The translations under genes and the position numbers were made by a program. This document shows, piece after piece, positions 51,496 through 61,971 of a DNA stretch of 64,000 nucleotides. The DNA is from a virus (lineage: Duplodnaviria > Caudoviricetes). The notes beneath the pieces are model-generated. The model was not told where the DNA came from, did not search any database, and worked only from the letters and a program-made list of their open reading frames with translations. The stretch lies in IMG/VR virus record IMGVR_UViG_3300018494_000083, one strand, 5' to 3'. Position 1 is the stretch's first letter; every line of letters begins with the position of its first letter.

Positions 51496-52698
51496 TTATT
51501 TTTTGAAAAATTTCATGATGAAACTAATGATATTATTGAGAAGCTTGATCAAGAAATTATCCATTTCTTCTTTGTTCTCAATATAAGTATCAGTATTTTC
51601 AGTCTGCACTTCTTTATCCTGTGCGTTATCTTCCACTTCAGGTGCGCTAGATTCAGGGACGTCTTCTACTACAGGAGGGTCAATAACTTCGGGTTCTTTG
51701 TTCTCGGTATTATTATCCACTATCGGAGGAATTTCATTCTCCTCGGGATCAGGCTCATGAGAACAACTAACGAGCTTAACATCGCTCTTAAATACAACAC
51801 CGGTTATTGCACCAGTCTTCTGTGTAGAAAAGACTACTTCGTTATCTCCACGCATTCCTCTATAATAGAGAGTATTATTAAATACCCAAGATGGAATAGA
51901 TTTACCACTAGAGTATTTGGTTGTCGTTAACGAGATAACATCACCTTCATGGAAAGTCGGCGTATCGTCTGAAGATACATCGTTTGTCAAAATGCTTTTT
52001 ACGTCTTGTCTTACTTTATCCATACTTCTCGGAAGACCCATAGCTTTAAACCATGCATATACATCACCATGGTTACCACCAAGATTCAGAGAATGGCTCT
52101 CAGCATGACAAGTAATAGTAGGAACCTGAATTCCACCGAAATCATTATATCCCATAGGATCGATATTGAACAGCTTACAGAAATAAGCAGTTACTTCACA
52201 AGCCTCTTTATAGACTTGCTCAAAGTATTCCTTACTCTTATAACCGTCGTCACAGATCTCAAACTGAATATAATGCTGACGAATCCAGTATTTTGTGTTG
52301 ACCTTTACATACTTGATATTATGATCTTGCATCCACTTCAAGCTATCCGAAAAGAGATAACCATTGAGTGAGCCTTTAGAACCGCTACCGCAACCCCAAG
52401 GAGCCCTTGTCCATTCACCAGTCTGAACTGTTGCAATAGATCCATCAGCAAGTTTACCAATCCAACAATTCAAACCAGCATCATGTTCAATATGATTCCA
52501 GTCATTGTTGTACTTATTCTTACCGAGAATTTGCATGAGTTCATCATAGTTTTCGTCACCCTTATAAGGCTGAACGAATCTACAAAGATTAGGGTTACCT
52601 GACGCAGTATCATGCCATAAGATGCCGATAGGTTTACTATCATTAATGGCACCCTTATACCAAGTACTCTTAGTCATAAAGCATTTGATTAAGTTCAT
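51496..52698 (-). CDS. N-acetylmuramoyl-L-alanine amidase (Amidase_2), putative endolysin
   Basis: ILWHDTA, IQFEICDD, TCHAES...NHGD Zn ligands; SH3-like IPSWV module; acidic linker; late promoter 52757-52768. Confidence 0.8.
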   Translation of the reverse strand: MNLIKCFMTKSTWYKGAINDSKPIGILWHDTASGNPNLCRFVQPYKGDENYDELMQILGKNKYNNDWNHIEHDAGLNCWIGKLADGSIATVQTGEWTRAPWGCGSGSKGSLNGYLFSDSLKWMQDHNIKYVKVNTKYWIRQHYIQFEICDDGYKSKEYFEQVYKEACEVTAYFCKLFNIDPMGYNDFGGIQVPTITCHAESHSLNLGGNHGDVYAWFKAMGLPRSMDKVRQDVKSILTNDVSSDDTPTFHEGDVISLTTTKYSSGKSIPSWVFNNTLYYRGMRGDNEVVFSTQKTGAITGVVFKSDVKLVSCSHEPDPEENEIPPIVDNNTENKEPEVIDPPVVEDVPESSAPEVEDNAQDKEVQTENTDTYIENKEEMDNFLIKLLNNIISFIMKFFKK

Positions 52699-52835
52699 TA
52701 AATCACCATTCCTTAAACTATAAGTAAACTGCACATCTCAATCGTGTACAGCTTCTTATATAAATGTTTCCCAACCAGTTTAAAGAAAAAAAATAAAATA
52801 GAGAGACGCCCGATGTGGACGTCTCTCTTTCTTTG

Positions 52836-53297
52836 TTAGTCATTCAATTTGATTGCATAACGAACGATATCAAAGGACATATTGAACAGATCCTGGATAT
52901 AGGTTACTTGCTTCACGAGAAATGCCCACATACCAAAGTCTTTCAACTCAAGTTTGTTTGCATATTCATCGTAGATAAAGAAGTTCTCGTTATATGCATT
53001 GAACTGCTCATAAGCTTTCTCAAGACTATCATTCATCGTCTGGTACTGGGGTTGAGTATCCTTATCACGAGTGACTTTGATTTTGAGTACATTGGTAGCC
53101 AAGATCATATCGATAATCTTGTGCATATTAGCGTTGTGTTGATTGCATTTGATTCGGATAATATTCTCGAGATTCGTAGAAGTCTCCATATTGTGATTCT
53201 TCATCAATGAATGCTCTCTTGCATACTTATCCAAATCGTCACGAGTGAACTCATGTTCCTTGATATACTTGTCGTCAAGTATTTTTATCTCCGGCAT
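52836..53297 (-). CDS. Hypothetical protein
   Basis: AAGGAG RBS. Confidence 0.6.
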   Translation of the reverse strand: MPEIKILDDKYIKEHEFTRDDLDKYAREHSLMKNHNMETSTNLENIIRIKCNQHNANMHKIIDMILATNVLKIKVTRDKDTQPQYQTMNDSLEKAYEQFNAYNENFFIYDEYANKLELKDFGMWAFLVKQVTYIQDLFNMSFDIVRYAIKLND

Positions 53298-54081
53298 TAT
53301 TAGTGCTCCTTTCATTAAGATATGTACGTTCGATATAATCCACCCAGAACTTATTGAACTGAGTCACGGTAGATTCATACCATTGCTCAAGCTCTTCTTT
53401 GTACCAGTCATCATCGTGATTATTATCGACACGAATGACCTTGTCAAAGATAGGGGATGAGTAAATATTCAACGGGTTATCTGCTGTTGCTACTGCAAAG
53501 TGGAATGTTGTATCTTTCTTAGACCAACCTGTTTGAGCGATTGCAATATAATAATCTCCATGATTGAGAATATATTTACAACCATGCTCAGTGAACCAAA
53601 CTTCGAACGAAGGAAGATCTGGGATCTTCACGCGAATGGAAAATTCTGGCGGCTTTGATTTGGTTTTTATACCAAATTCAATGAGTTTGGTGAGAGATGC
53701 ACATTCATACCTGAGTCTTGTGAAAAGATTATAAAGATCAAGACACTTTACCTTTCTAGCGGTGTTTATGAAAGGTTGAATCTTTTTATCTATTTCTTTC
53801 ATCTCTTGAACCATGTGCACGAATTTTCCAACGGTTAATGTATCCCACCGATCTTCACTATTTGCTATTTTCAAAGCAGTCTCGATTCCAGCCAACTTCA
53901 TCATATAAACATCGCGTTTAATTTTAAATATGATTCCAAGAGGCTGTTCAAATACAGGTTTTTCTACATCGAATTCCGTGCTTACCAGAGTAAGGACTTC
54001 TTCAGAAAAATTCACATCCTGCACATCTTTGACAGCCAGAGAATTGGTATCATAGGATTTATTATCGATCTCGAAAATCAT
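53275..54081 (-). CDS. Hypothetical protein
   Basis: Coupled ORF in the minus-strand operon. Confidence 0.6.
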   Translation of the reverse strand: MIFEIDNKSYDTNSLAVKDVQDVNFSEEVLTLVSTEFDVEKPVFEQPLGIIFKIKRDVYMMKLAGIETALKIANSEDRWDTLTVGKFVHMVQEMKEIDKKIQPFINTARKVKCLDLYNLFTRLRYECASLTKLIEFGIKTKSKPPEFSIRVKIPDLPSFEVWFTEHGCKYILNHGDYYIAIAQTGWSKKDTTFHFAVATADNPLNIYSSPIFDKVIRVDNNHDDDWYKEELEQWYESTVTQFNKFWVDYIERTYLNERSTNNAGDKNT

Positions 54082-54296
54082 TGCTTATTCTTCCTTTCTC
54101 GAAGACCTTGGATGAATCCAACGATGAAGTTGACCAAAGCAAGCAGAATGACTGCTTGCCAGAAAGTCAACTCGGGAATCATAGTGAAAATCGATGCAAT
54201 AGACCAGTTCCAGAGAAGCATGAAGATCCATCCTTCAAAGGCAATTACTCCAGCCCAGATGATAAGCCCAAAAAAGGCACCAAGAATGTATCCCAT
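54078..54296 (-). CDS. Small two-TM membrane protein
   Basis: LLWNW...PELTFWQA motif; hydrophobic. Confidence 0.65.
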   Translation of the reverse strand: MGYILGAFFGLIIWAGVIAFEGWIFMLLWNWSIASIFTMIPELTFWQAVILLALVNFIVGFIQGLRERKNKQ

Positions 54297-54297
54297 G

Positions 54298-54522
54298 TTA
54301 TTTTCCTTTCCCGTAAGGTCCATTGAGCATGGAATTCATTGCCATGATTCCTGCAAGTTTACCCATTGCTCTTTGTCTCTTTGCGTTCTTTTCTTCGATG
54401 TATTTCTTTTGTTCTTCGGGAGGAAGAGACATTAAGTACTCTTCCTCTCTACGCTGTTCTTCGATGCGGGCTTTTACTGCCTGCTCTTCATCCCATTTTC
54501 TACGAGCTTTAAGTGCATTCAT
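54298..54522 (-). CDS. Small hypothetical protein
   Basis: GAGG RBS before MNALKARR. Confidence 0.55.
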   Translation of the reverse strand: MNALKARRKWDEEQAVKARIEEQRREEEYLMSLPPEEQKKYIEEKNAKRQRAMGKLAGIMAMNSMLNGPYGKGK

Positions 54523-54523
54523 A

Positions 54524-55747
54524 TCAATACAACCTCGTTTCTGTAATTTTGGATCCATCAGGATAGATGTGAGTGATATCGTATTGAACCTCAAAATCCT
54601 CCATATCGGCAGGGGCTTTTGAATGATCAATTACGTTGGGTGTGATATATGTCTTGCACCAGAGAGATTCCCAGAAGAGATTACGATAGCAAACGTGTCT
54701 CTTCCACATCTTACACCAAGCAAGATATGTATTGAACACAACCATTGCAGTTGTCAGAGGACCGACTCCTCCAGGTACAGGTGTATAGAGAATATCCATG
54801 TCATGATGAAGAAGATCACGAGCAAAGATACTGTTCATATCAACATCACCCTCAAGCTTACCAGTATCCTCATTTCTGTGGATACCTACATCAATAAGCA
54901 TCTTCCTGGGATACTTTTCAGAGTCTTTATCATACATGGTCAGGATGTCTGCATTGACTACACCAGGGTAACCTGTAGCCGAGATTACGATATCCGACTC
55001 ATTGATGATTCTCTTGAGTTCATCTGGGTCTGTACGGGAATGGCAGAGTGTAACTGTGTGATCAAGTCCAGTCATAAGAAGAGACAGAGGCTTACCAACG
55101 ATGTTACTTCTACCGATAACTGCAACTCGCTTTGCAGCATTCTCGAGCTTCTCAATCTCAGAGTTACCCGACCACATGAGAAGGTTGACGATTCCGGCAG
55201 GTGTACAAGGTCTAAAATCATATGCTGTAGAGGTGCCCATGCAGACATTAAACACATTTTGAGGATTCAAACAATCCACATCCTTGTATGGTGCGATAAA
55301 CTCGTAAAGAGGCTCGCAATCGATACCTTCCTCTCGTCCAAGACCATTATCAGCATTTCCGCAAGGAAGCTGAAGGATGATTCCGTTAATAGAAGGATCA
55401 TTGTTGAGAACTTCGATCTTGTCTTTGATCTTATTGTAAAGATCGGGATCAAATCGTCTACCCTCATACTGAGATACAAAACGATGAACCTGACAAAGCA
55501 TGCCGGCTCTTTCACAGCATCTCAGTTTGTTTCTGAGATAGGATCTGGTAGGTGCATCTGTATTCTCATCTCCGGTTTCGACATGGATGATTGCAAGAGT
55601 TGGAACTCTGAGAGAATAGACACAGCTATGGTAATCAAAATGAGCACTTGTTCTGAGAAGATCGATCATCTCTCTTGTCTTATCGATTACACGATTTGCA
55701 AATTCCTTGCAATTGATTTCACGGATTCCACTGATATTGATTTCCAT
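54524..55747 (-). CDS. folD: Methylenetetrahydrofolate dehydrogenase/cyclohydrolase
   Basis: YLRNK, GIILQLP, KDVDCL, PCTPAG, VIGRSNIVGKP, IDVGI, TPVPGGVGPLT. Confidence 0.93.
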   Translation of the reverse strand: MEINISGIREINCKEFANRVIDKTREMIDLLRTSAHFDYHSCVYSLRVPTLAIIHVETGDENTDAPTRSYLRNKLRCCERAGMLCQVHRFVSQYEGRRFDPDLYNKIKDKIEVLNNDPSINGIILQLPCGNADNGLGREEGIDCEPLYEFIAPYKDVDCLNPQNVFNVCMGTSTAYDFRPCTPAGIVNLLMWSGNSEIEKLENAAKRVAVIGRSNIVGKPLSLLMTGLDHTVTLCHSRTDPDELKRIINESDIVISATGYPGVVNADILTMYDKDSEKYPRKMLIDVGIHRNEDTGKLEGDVDMNSIFARDLLHHDMDILYTPVPGGVGPLTTAMVVFNTYLAWCKMWKRHVCYRNLFWESLWCKTYITPNVIDHSKAPADMEDFEVQYDITHIYPDGSKITETRLY

Positions 55748-55760
55748 GATTCATACCTCC

Positions 55761-56210
55761 TTAGAGAGCTACCACATTGGGCTTATCGCCGGTGTAGGGA
55801 AGAGGAACAACAAGCTCGGGATCTGCATTATACTTAGCATCTGCGAATGCCTGAACTGCAGAGAGATTAGCTTGAGCTCCACCGATAGTTGTAGTGATGA
55901 TATCTCCCTTTCCCATCAGATTGAGATCGATGAGAATCTGAAGTTCTTCAAGAGTTCCTTTGGGGTCGGTACCAAAATACTGTTTAATGGTTGCAATTGC
56001 ACAACCAAGAATATGCATCAGTTCTTTTGGATTTTCATTTACAAATCTGTAGCCAAGCTTCTCACGAGCAGGTTCAGATACGTAGGTAAGAGAAAGACTT
56101 GCATTGTCACGGACGGTGATTCTGAGAACACCGTTGTTGGTGCAGAGTCTGATTTCGTTAGGGATATACTCAACGGATTTGGATTTCTTACGGTTGAAAA
56201 GTTTACACAT
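55761..56210 (-). CDS. Hypothetical protein
   Basis: AAGGAG RBS. Confidence 0.6.
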   Translation of the reverse strand: MCKLFNRKKSKSVEYIPNEIRLCTNNGVLRITVRDNASLSLTYVSEPAREKLGYRFVNENPKELMHILGCAIATIKQYFGTDPKGTLEELQILIDLNLMGKGDIITTTIGGAQANLSAVQAFADAKYNADPELVVPLPYTGDKPNVVAL

Positions 56211-56243
56211 TTTTATACTTCTCCTTAATTCCTTAAAATTTTC

Positions 56244-56648
56244 TTATTGAATTTCTTCTAAAAATGGAAGAGATGCCATTGCGGCATTATACTTCTCAAC
56301 TACCATCTTAAGGACATGTTCATGATCCTCAATCTCGGTATTGAATTTGTTATAGAAAGGTTGATACGGTTGACAAAATGCCATATCTAATACGATAGTG
56401 TGAGTAAAGTCATCCCACCTAGAAAGATCTTCAGGAAATCCTATTCCAAGATCAAGTGCAAATCTATGCTCTTTATTCTTCCTAGGGTGACGGGTACCAG
56501 CTATGATAACCATAACTGATAAATCTATCGTCAAATGTAATATGGTATCTTTGGATATCCAGGTACCATAATTATCTTGGATACCTGGATAGTTTCTTAT
56601 CTCGTCAAGCGTTGTCCCTTCTTTGAGTTTAAATCGCTTGATTCTCAT
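56244..56648 (-). CDS. Hypothetical protein
   Basis: Coupled ORF. Confidence 0.6.
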   Translation of the reverse strand: MRIKRFKLKEGTTLDEIRNYPGIQDNYGTWISKDTILHLTIDLSVMVIIAGTRHPRKNKEHRFALDLGIGFPEDLSRWDDFTHTIVLDMAFCQPYQPFYNKFNTEIEDHEHVLKMVVEKYNAAMASLPFLEEIQ

Positions 56649-57940
56649 ACGATCTTATTGATCTTGGTGCATACATAACCATATGCCCAGATAAGTGCAT
56701 CATAGTTATATACACTTGCAATCTCTTTGAGAGCAGGGATTGTACGAACGGTGTCTGTGAAATTATTCAGTCCATACACATCCCATTCAGAGTTTGCATC
56801 CTTGCGGATTCTGAAGAGATACGCAGGTTTTGTAATACGTTCCATTTCATATCCCTCGAAATTCTCAAGGAAGATATCACCGATCGTACGGTAACCAATA
56901 GGACCATATCCAGGTTCTCTCTTTGCTGCTTTCCATGCATCGTATGTATTTCTCGGAAACAGCTTGCTGAGGCGGTACTTTGTGATGTTGAAGTCTCTAA
57001 GAAGACTGGTCATAGCATCCACAGTCAATTCATAATTAAAGTACTCTTCAAGAGCTTTATTATACATACATGCAATTGCAGGACGGATAGCATCATCAGA
57101 TGCTATAACTTTCGCAGCTTTCTCGGGTTGTTCGCGGCAGAACGAAAGAACCATGTAATTGAGGATGAAACTCAGACTGTTATCGTCAAAAGTCCCATAC
57201 TCGCGCATCCAGTCACTGCAAAGTGCATTGTCGAGATGTTTGATAAAATCTTCGGGTTTCATGGTCGTATCGCAATCATCGAGCAAGTTGATGAAAAACA
57301 TTCTCATGCGGTTAAACCACTTTGTGAATGCTGTATCCCATTCCTTCTTTTTGGACTGGTGATAAGCATTGACCGTGCCGCGGATCTCTGTAATAGCATA
57401 CTCGAAATGAGTATTGCGGACACAATGGAATTCTGAAATGAAGCACTTGGTAAGATATGTCGGATCAAATGCGACATCGTATATACCGGCAATGGTATTG
57501 ATACGAATATGAGGCTTATCATAGAGAACCTCAGTTCTGTCTTGGGGGAGATTTTCTGTGGTTGCAAGATATTCAGTGAATCTCTTGAGAACTCTCTTGA
57601 CTTCATCTGCCTCGATCTCGACATAGTCGATCTTACCTTCCCAATCGGAATAGTCCTGCTTAATGATCAAGGTTCTGAGAACCGTGTTAGCATCTGCTTC
57701 GTGATAGATATATGCACTTGAAGTGGTATCATGACGGAAGTTACTCCTCAAATACAAATCGTTGTCTCTGACAGAAAACAGATTTGTGTCAAAAGTGGCA
57801 AGACTCTTGAGATCCTCGAATATAGCATCGTTGAGATTATCGAGATCCTTTCTCAGCCTTTTCAGGTTGATTTTCTTAACGATGTTTAATACACCGTATT
57901 TGATTTTGTTGATGGTGCGAGTAAAGATGTTGGTTTTCAT
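56645..57940 (-). CDS. Hypothetical protein (431 aa)
   Basis: Long ORF in operon. Confidence 0.65.
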   Translation of the reverse strand: MKTNIFTRTINKIKYGVLNIVKKINLKRLRKDLDNLNDAIFEDLKSLATFDTNLFSVRDNDLYLRSNFRHDTTSSAYIYHEADANTVLRTLIIKQDYSDWEGKIDYVEIEADEVKRVLKRFTEYLATTENLPQDRTEVLYDKPHIRINTIAGIYDVAFDPTYLTKCFISEFHCVRNTHFEYAITEIRGTVNAYHQSKKKEWDTAFTKWFNRMRMFFINLLDDCDTTMKPEDFIKHLDNALCSDWMREYGTFDDNSLSFILNYMVLSFCREQPEKAAKVIASDDAIRPAIACMYNKALEEYFNYELTVDAMTSLLRDFNITKYRLSKLFPRNTYDAWKAAKREPGYGPIGYRTIGDIFLENFEGYEMERITKPAYLFRIRKDANSEWDVYGLNNFTDTVRTIPALKEIASVYNYDALIWAYGYVCTKINKIV

Positions 57941-57944
57941 TTTC

Positions 57945-58796
57945 TTATTTTCCTTTCGTTTCTCTTCTTTTCTTTCTACAATCTAAACAACGCTTGGGTA
58001 GTGACATTCCCTTTCTTTCATAGAACTGAACGTCATTCAAAGAAATGTAAAACTTCTTTTTACAATCTTTGCAAATCTCTTCTCTCCAAGGAAGATTATC
58101 GATAACTGTGGCTGCACAAAGACTTCCATGAATATGATCAAGCTTCTCATAGCTATCGATCTTTTCATACGGAATGATATTGTAATCATCGGGAGAGATA
58201 TTGGTTCGAACCAATCTATCGACCTTATCCCAGTCGATATCCGATTCTTTGTAGCCAGACTTAAGAGACTTGGAAACTATAGCAATCAAGTATCTAATTC
58301 TGAGCCACATCTTCGCATTCTTCATGGTATCGTTGAACAGGGCTTCCTGAATTACGACTGCCTTCTCCTGAAGTTCATCAAGCTCTTTTTGAGCTGCTTC
58401 TTCATCGTTAGCAGCCTTATCAACGAGCTTATCAACACAGGCTGAGCAGAGACCACTACCTCCTGTGTCATCATAACCACCACAGGCTTCACACTTGTTC
58501 TGAGTGTTTGATGCTTCATCGAGAAACTTATTGCATTCTTCATTCAGTTTCTCTTTATTAGCTTCCTCGCAATCAGGACAATAGTAGACACCCGTAGGAT
58601 CCATCACAGTCCGAGCTCCACATTCGGGACAAGGCTTTGAGTGATGATCTCCTCTAGGCATATAGTCGGCTTTCATCTCCTGAAGCTTACGCTGTTCTTC
58701 GGGATCGATTTTTCCACCAAGGTCTTCCACAAGGTTAGATGCATCTGTTGGAGGTCTCTTTTTTACACGGAGACTTTTAAAAAATATTGGGAACAT
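57945..58796 (-). CDS. Zinc-ribbon protein with C-terminal zf-trcl-like domain
   Basis: CPECG..CPDC, CEACG..CSAC, CKDCKKKF...FYERKGMSLPKRCLDCR. Confidence 0.7.
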   Translation of the reverse strand: MFPIFFKSLRVKKRPPTDASNLVEDLGGKIDPEEQRKLQEMKADYMPRGDHHSKPCPECGARTVMDPTGVYYCPDCEEANKEKLNEECNKFLDEASNTQNKCEACGGYDDTGGSGLCSACVDKLVDKAANDEEAAQKELDELQEKAVVIQEALFNDTMKNAKMWLRIRYLIAIVSKSLKSGYKESDIDWDKVDRLVRTNISPDDYNIIPYEKIDSYEKLDHIHGSLCAATVIDNLPWREEICKDCKKKFYISLNDVQFYERKGMSLPKRCLDCRKKRRETKGK

Positions 58797-58797
58797 C

Positions 58798-59307
58798 TTA
58801 TGCCTCCTCTGCGTTGGCTTTCCTCGTATCTCTACACTTCTGGCAACGCTTCGGAATGCAGAGATTCTTCTGACGATAGAATGCGATTTCAGAAGAAGAG
58901 ATTGTAAACTCTTCTCCACAATCTTTGCATACTTCTTTTCTCCAAGGATTAGAAGTCATGATCATAGCATTCAAGATCTGAGTATAGATCTCGGTTACCT
59001 GTTCAAGACTTGTAATCTTCTCGGGAATGATATTGAAGTCGGTGGGATCCTGGTTGGACATGAGATTCTTCATCACATAATCCCAGTCAACCTTATCGAT
59101 TTCTCCCGATTCATCAAGAGAAGTGAGGATCTCTTTGAGACACTTAAAACGAACGAACATAGTGCCTTCGGAGATAAACTTAATATTCTGACTCTGATAA
59201 AGAGGGTGAGGAATATCATATCGGTGCGGGGATGCGATCATCTTTTTGCAGATATCCATAATATCGGTATCATTGATGATTGTATCGTTTACCTTATTCG
59301 TGTTCAT
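58798..59307 (-). CDS. Paralog of previous gene with zf-trcl-like domain
   Basis: CKDCGEEFTISSSEIAFYRQKNLCIPKRCQKCR; shares DWD..P.D.NIIP..I.S.E..PWR.E.C. Confidence 0.7.
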   Translation of the reverse strand: MNTNKVNDTIINDTDIMDICKKMIASPHRYDIPHPLYQSQNIKFISEGTMFVRFKCLKEILTSLDESGEIDKVDWDYVMKNLMSNQDPTDFNIIPEKITSLEQVTEIYTQILNAMIMTSNPWRKEVCKDCGEEFTISSSEIAFYRQKNLCIPKRCQKCRDTRKANAEEA

Positions 59308-59323
59308 AATAGTTTCCTTTCAT

Positions 59324-60055
59324 TTAGAACATTTTGTATTTTGTCACATTGCGACCACGTGTTACGATTGTTGCATACTCGGGTACGAGTTCTCTGTTTG
59401 TGAGGATTTTCTTTCCATCTGCAACTACACAGGTCACAATTATGTAATCTTGTCCAGCGTCGAATCTCACAATAGCAGTATCGATATTGGGATTCGTCTT
59501 CTTTATAATATACCCATTCTTTACATCATGGATAAATCTTGACTGATTATAAACCAGTTTGGGGAATCTGTCATCAAGAGGTCTGAGATGTATCTTGCGA
59601 CAGTTGTTACAGTCATAGTAATCGTCATCGATTACATATTCAACCCAGTACGAGTCTTCAGGACAGTAGATATTACAAGCCTTTGTTCTGACTCTTCTGC
59701 ATGCCTGAGAGTGAACGATATCGGGTGTGGGTATATTGATGAAATAATGATTATCGGATATCTCACTATGAGTAGGTTCGAGATTAACCTTGTGCTCAAT
59801 TCCGAGCTTTTCAAGAAGATTCTCGAATACATCGATGTCATGACTTGTGAGAGATACGTATTTAATGGCAGCCATTCCTTCGTAGAGAAGTTGGATTCCT
59901 TCACGGAGACCATATGTAATTCCATCTTCAAGGTCTTCGATATAGTTACATCCATCACCGAATTCTCCGATATGGAACCAGCAATTCATCTTTGTTATGG
60001 TTGCTATTTTGTCAAGCACTTCTGCTTCTGATTGAGTTAATCTAGTTACGATCAT
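59324..60055 (-). CDS. Hypothetical protein
   Basis: AAGGA RBS. Confidence 0.6.
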   Translation of the reverse strand: MIVTRLTQSEAEVLDKIATITKMNCWFHIGEFGDGCNYIEDLEDGITYGLREGIQLLYEGMAAIKYVSLTSHDIDVFENLLEKLGIEHKVNLEPTHSEISDNHYFINIPTPDIVHSQACRRVRTKACNIYCPEDSYWVEYVIDDDYYDCNNCRKIHLRPLDDRFPKLVYNQSRFIHDVKNGYIIKKTNPNIDTAIVRFDAGQDYIIVTCVVADGKKILTNRELVPEYATIVTRGRNVTKYKMF

Positions 60056-60097
60056 TTCCTTAATTTCCTTTCAGTTCCTTATTTCCAAAAAATTTCC

Positions 60098-61171
60098 TTA
60101 TTTCACATCGTGAACTTCAACGGGAAGATCACCTGATGCATTTGCATTTACTGCAATACTGTCGATCCAGAGAATGGTCAGTTCGGTTCTACCCTTACCT
60201 GTCCAATATCTGTGCCAGTGTGCCCTTCTCATATGAGGTCTGGGACTTCTATGACCTACATGTTTACTAGGATCGGTCTTTGCTTCTTGAGTCTGTCTCT
60301 TATACTCGCGCAATTGAGACCCATAGCGAAGTGCTACATCCCAAGTTCTTACTTCTGCAAAATGATGCTTGTTGCTCGGAGGTCTTCTCTTGATAGGTCT
60401 CTCCAAGATCTCGGCATTCTTTGCACAGAGGTAAGATAATACATCGATCAATCCTTTGTGAATGAGACAAGCATTGACGATATAGTTAGCCATGAATTCA
60501 TTATGTGATTCAATCAGCTTAGGATATCTTTGATTTTTCGGCATATCATTAAGTGCCATCTCATACAGTGTCGCAGCACAATCTCTAACCGTCTTCTTCT
60601 CCGTCTTCGGGATAAGGAAGCAAGAAGGAATCATTCCATCTTTTTCATCGATCCAAGATACGATAACGTAGTAGAAGTCTTTGAAATATGTATCATCTAC
60701 ATAGACGAATACGTTCGTCACTTTCATAGAATCGACATCATATGCATTACCCTGCGTTATCTTTCTCTGACCGACAACATAGTTGATATTATCGAAGTCG
60801 ATTGCGAAAGACTTGAATGGAAGTCTGTTTAAGGGAATGGGCTCAACGTACAGAAGCTTCTCGGCATTTGTGTCAAGATATCTATGCATAGATTCACCCG
60901 GTTTTACAGGATGAACAAATTCGTCAAGAACATCAGGATCGAATCTATACGATTCTTTTGTTTTTGACCATTCATAGACTGATCTGAGAGCCAACCATGT
61001 GTTTCTTCCTTCATCCAAAGTCAACATATAGATGCTGCTGTTCTCTTTTGTGACATTGATCTTGGAGAAGTCGATGCTCTTTGAAAACATTCTCAGAGTC
61101 ATCAGGGGTGGATAAGGACATGTATTGTAGTCATATCCTTTTGAGTTTAGCCTAGCGTTTTCTTTTTTCAT
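60098..61171 (-). CDS. AcrVA2/FinQ-like protein (putative)
   Basis: C-terminal SPRPHMRRAHWHRYWTG motif; first gene after the putative early promoter. Confidence 0.5.
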   Translation of the reverse strand: MKKENARLNSKGYDYNTCPYPPLMTLRMFSKSIDFSKINVTKENSSIYMLTLDEGRNTWLALRSVYEWSKTKESYRFDPDVLDEFVHPVKPGESMHRYLDTNAEKLLYVEPIPLNRLPFKSFAIDFDNINYVVGQRKITQGNAYDVDSMKVTNVFVYVDDTYFKDFYYVIVSWIDEKDGMIPSCFLIPKTEKKTVRDCAATLYEMALNDMPKNQRYPKLIESHNEFMANYIVNACLIHKGLIDVLSYLCAKNAEILERPIKRRPPSNKHHFAEVRTWDVALRYGSQLREYKRQTQEAKTDPSKHVGHRSPRPHMRRAHWHRYWTGKGRTELTILWIDSIAVNANASGDLPVEVHDVK

Positions 61172-61209
61172 TTTTAAATCCTCACTTTCTTATTGCTTTG
61201 GCTTCATAA

Positions 61210-61221
61210 CTATAATGTATA
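61210..61221 (-). promoter_or_regulatory. Putative early promoter TATACATTATAG
   Basis: Identical 12-mer occurs twice near 39.1 kb; heads the 61-52 kb operon. Confidence 0.5.
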
Positions 61222-61290
61222 CTTGATTACTCACCTTTCACAAAAAAAAATAAAAAGATACCCATGGGATTTCTCCCATGGGTTCTTATT

Positions 61291-61959
61291 TTACATTTTA
61301 GGCAATCTGAGTTTGATTCCAAGAGATACTTTCTCGGGAAGTGCATAGATACTAATTGTGCCTACAACAACTCCATTTTCATTGTCGATTGATCTCTGCT
61401 CACACTTCACATATCTCTGGCAATAGATAGTGGAATGAATGGGGAAATGTGCATCAGATATCTTTGCAGCTTCATTGAATATAGTTGCATAGATATAGTC
61501 TATACTATATCTCTGGTCATATTCCAAAGCCTTACGATAGATCTGCTCTCCTCCGATAACAAAGACCTTTTTCTCGCAACGAGATGTCTTCCAAGAATAA
61601 GCAAGTGCAAACTGCATAGCCTTCTCATATGAAGTAAACCAATATACAGAATCAGACCAAGGATGCTTAGTTCTAGAAACCACGAGATTCAATCTTCCAG
61701 GAAGACCATTAGGTTTCTTGAGAGAATCAAAAGTCTTTCGACCCATGATTACGATACTCTCTTTAGTGATTTCTTTGAAGTACTTCATATCTTGCTTGTT
61801 ATGGAAGATAAGTTCATTATCGCAACCGATAGCACCGAACTTATCCATAGCAGCAATAGCAGCTGTTACAATTTTATCTTTCTCGACATGGAAAGTATCA
61901 CTGAACGACCAAATCACCCAGGAACGAAGCTTTAAGAAAAGTCGTTTCAAACCGTTCAT
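61291..61959 (-). CDS. folA: Dihydrofolate reductase
   Basis: AIG..NEL, DMKYFK, IMGRKTFDSL, LPGRLNLVVSR, VIGGEQIY. Confidence 0.92.
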   Translation of the reverse strand: MNGLKRLFLKLRSWVIWSFSDTFHVEKDKIVTAAIAAMDKFGAIGCDNELIFHNKQDMKYFKEITKESIVIMGRKTFDSLKKPNGLPGRLNLVVSRTKHPWSDSVYWFTSYEKAMQFALAYSWKTSRCEKKVFVIGGEQIYRKALEYDQRYSIDYIYATIFNEAAKISDAHFPIHSTIYCQRYVKCEQRSIDNENGVVVGTISIYALPEKVSLGIKLRLPKM

Positions 61960-61971
61960 GGTTTATCTCCT

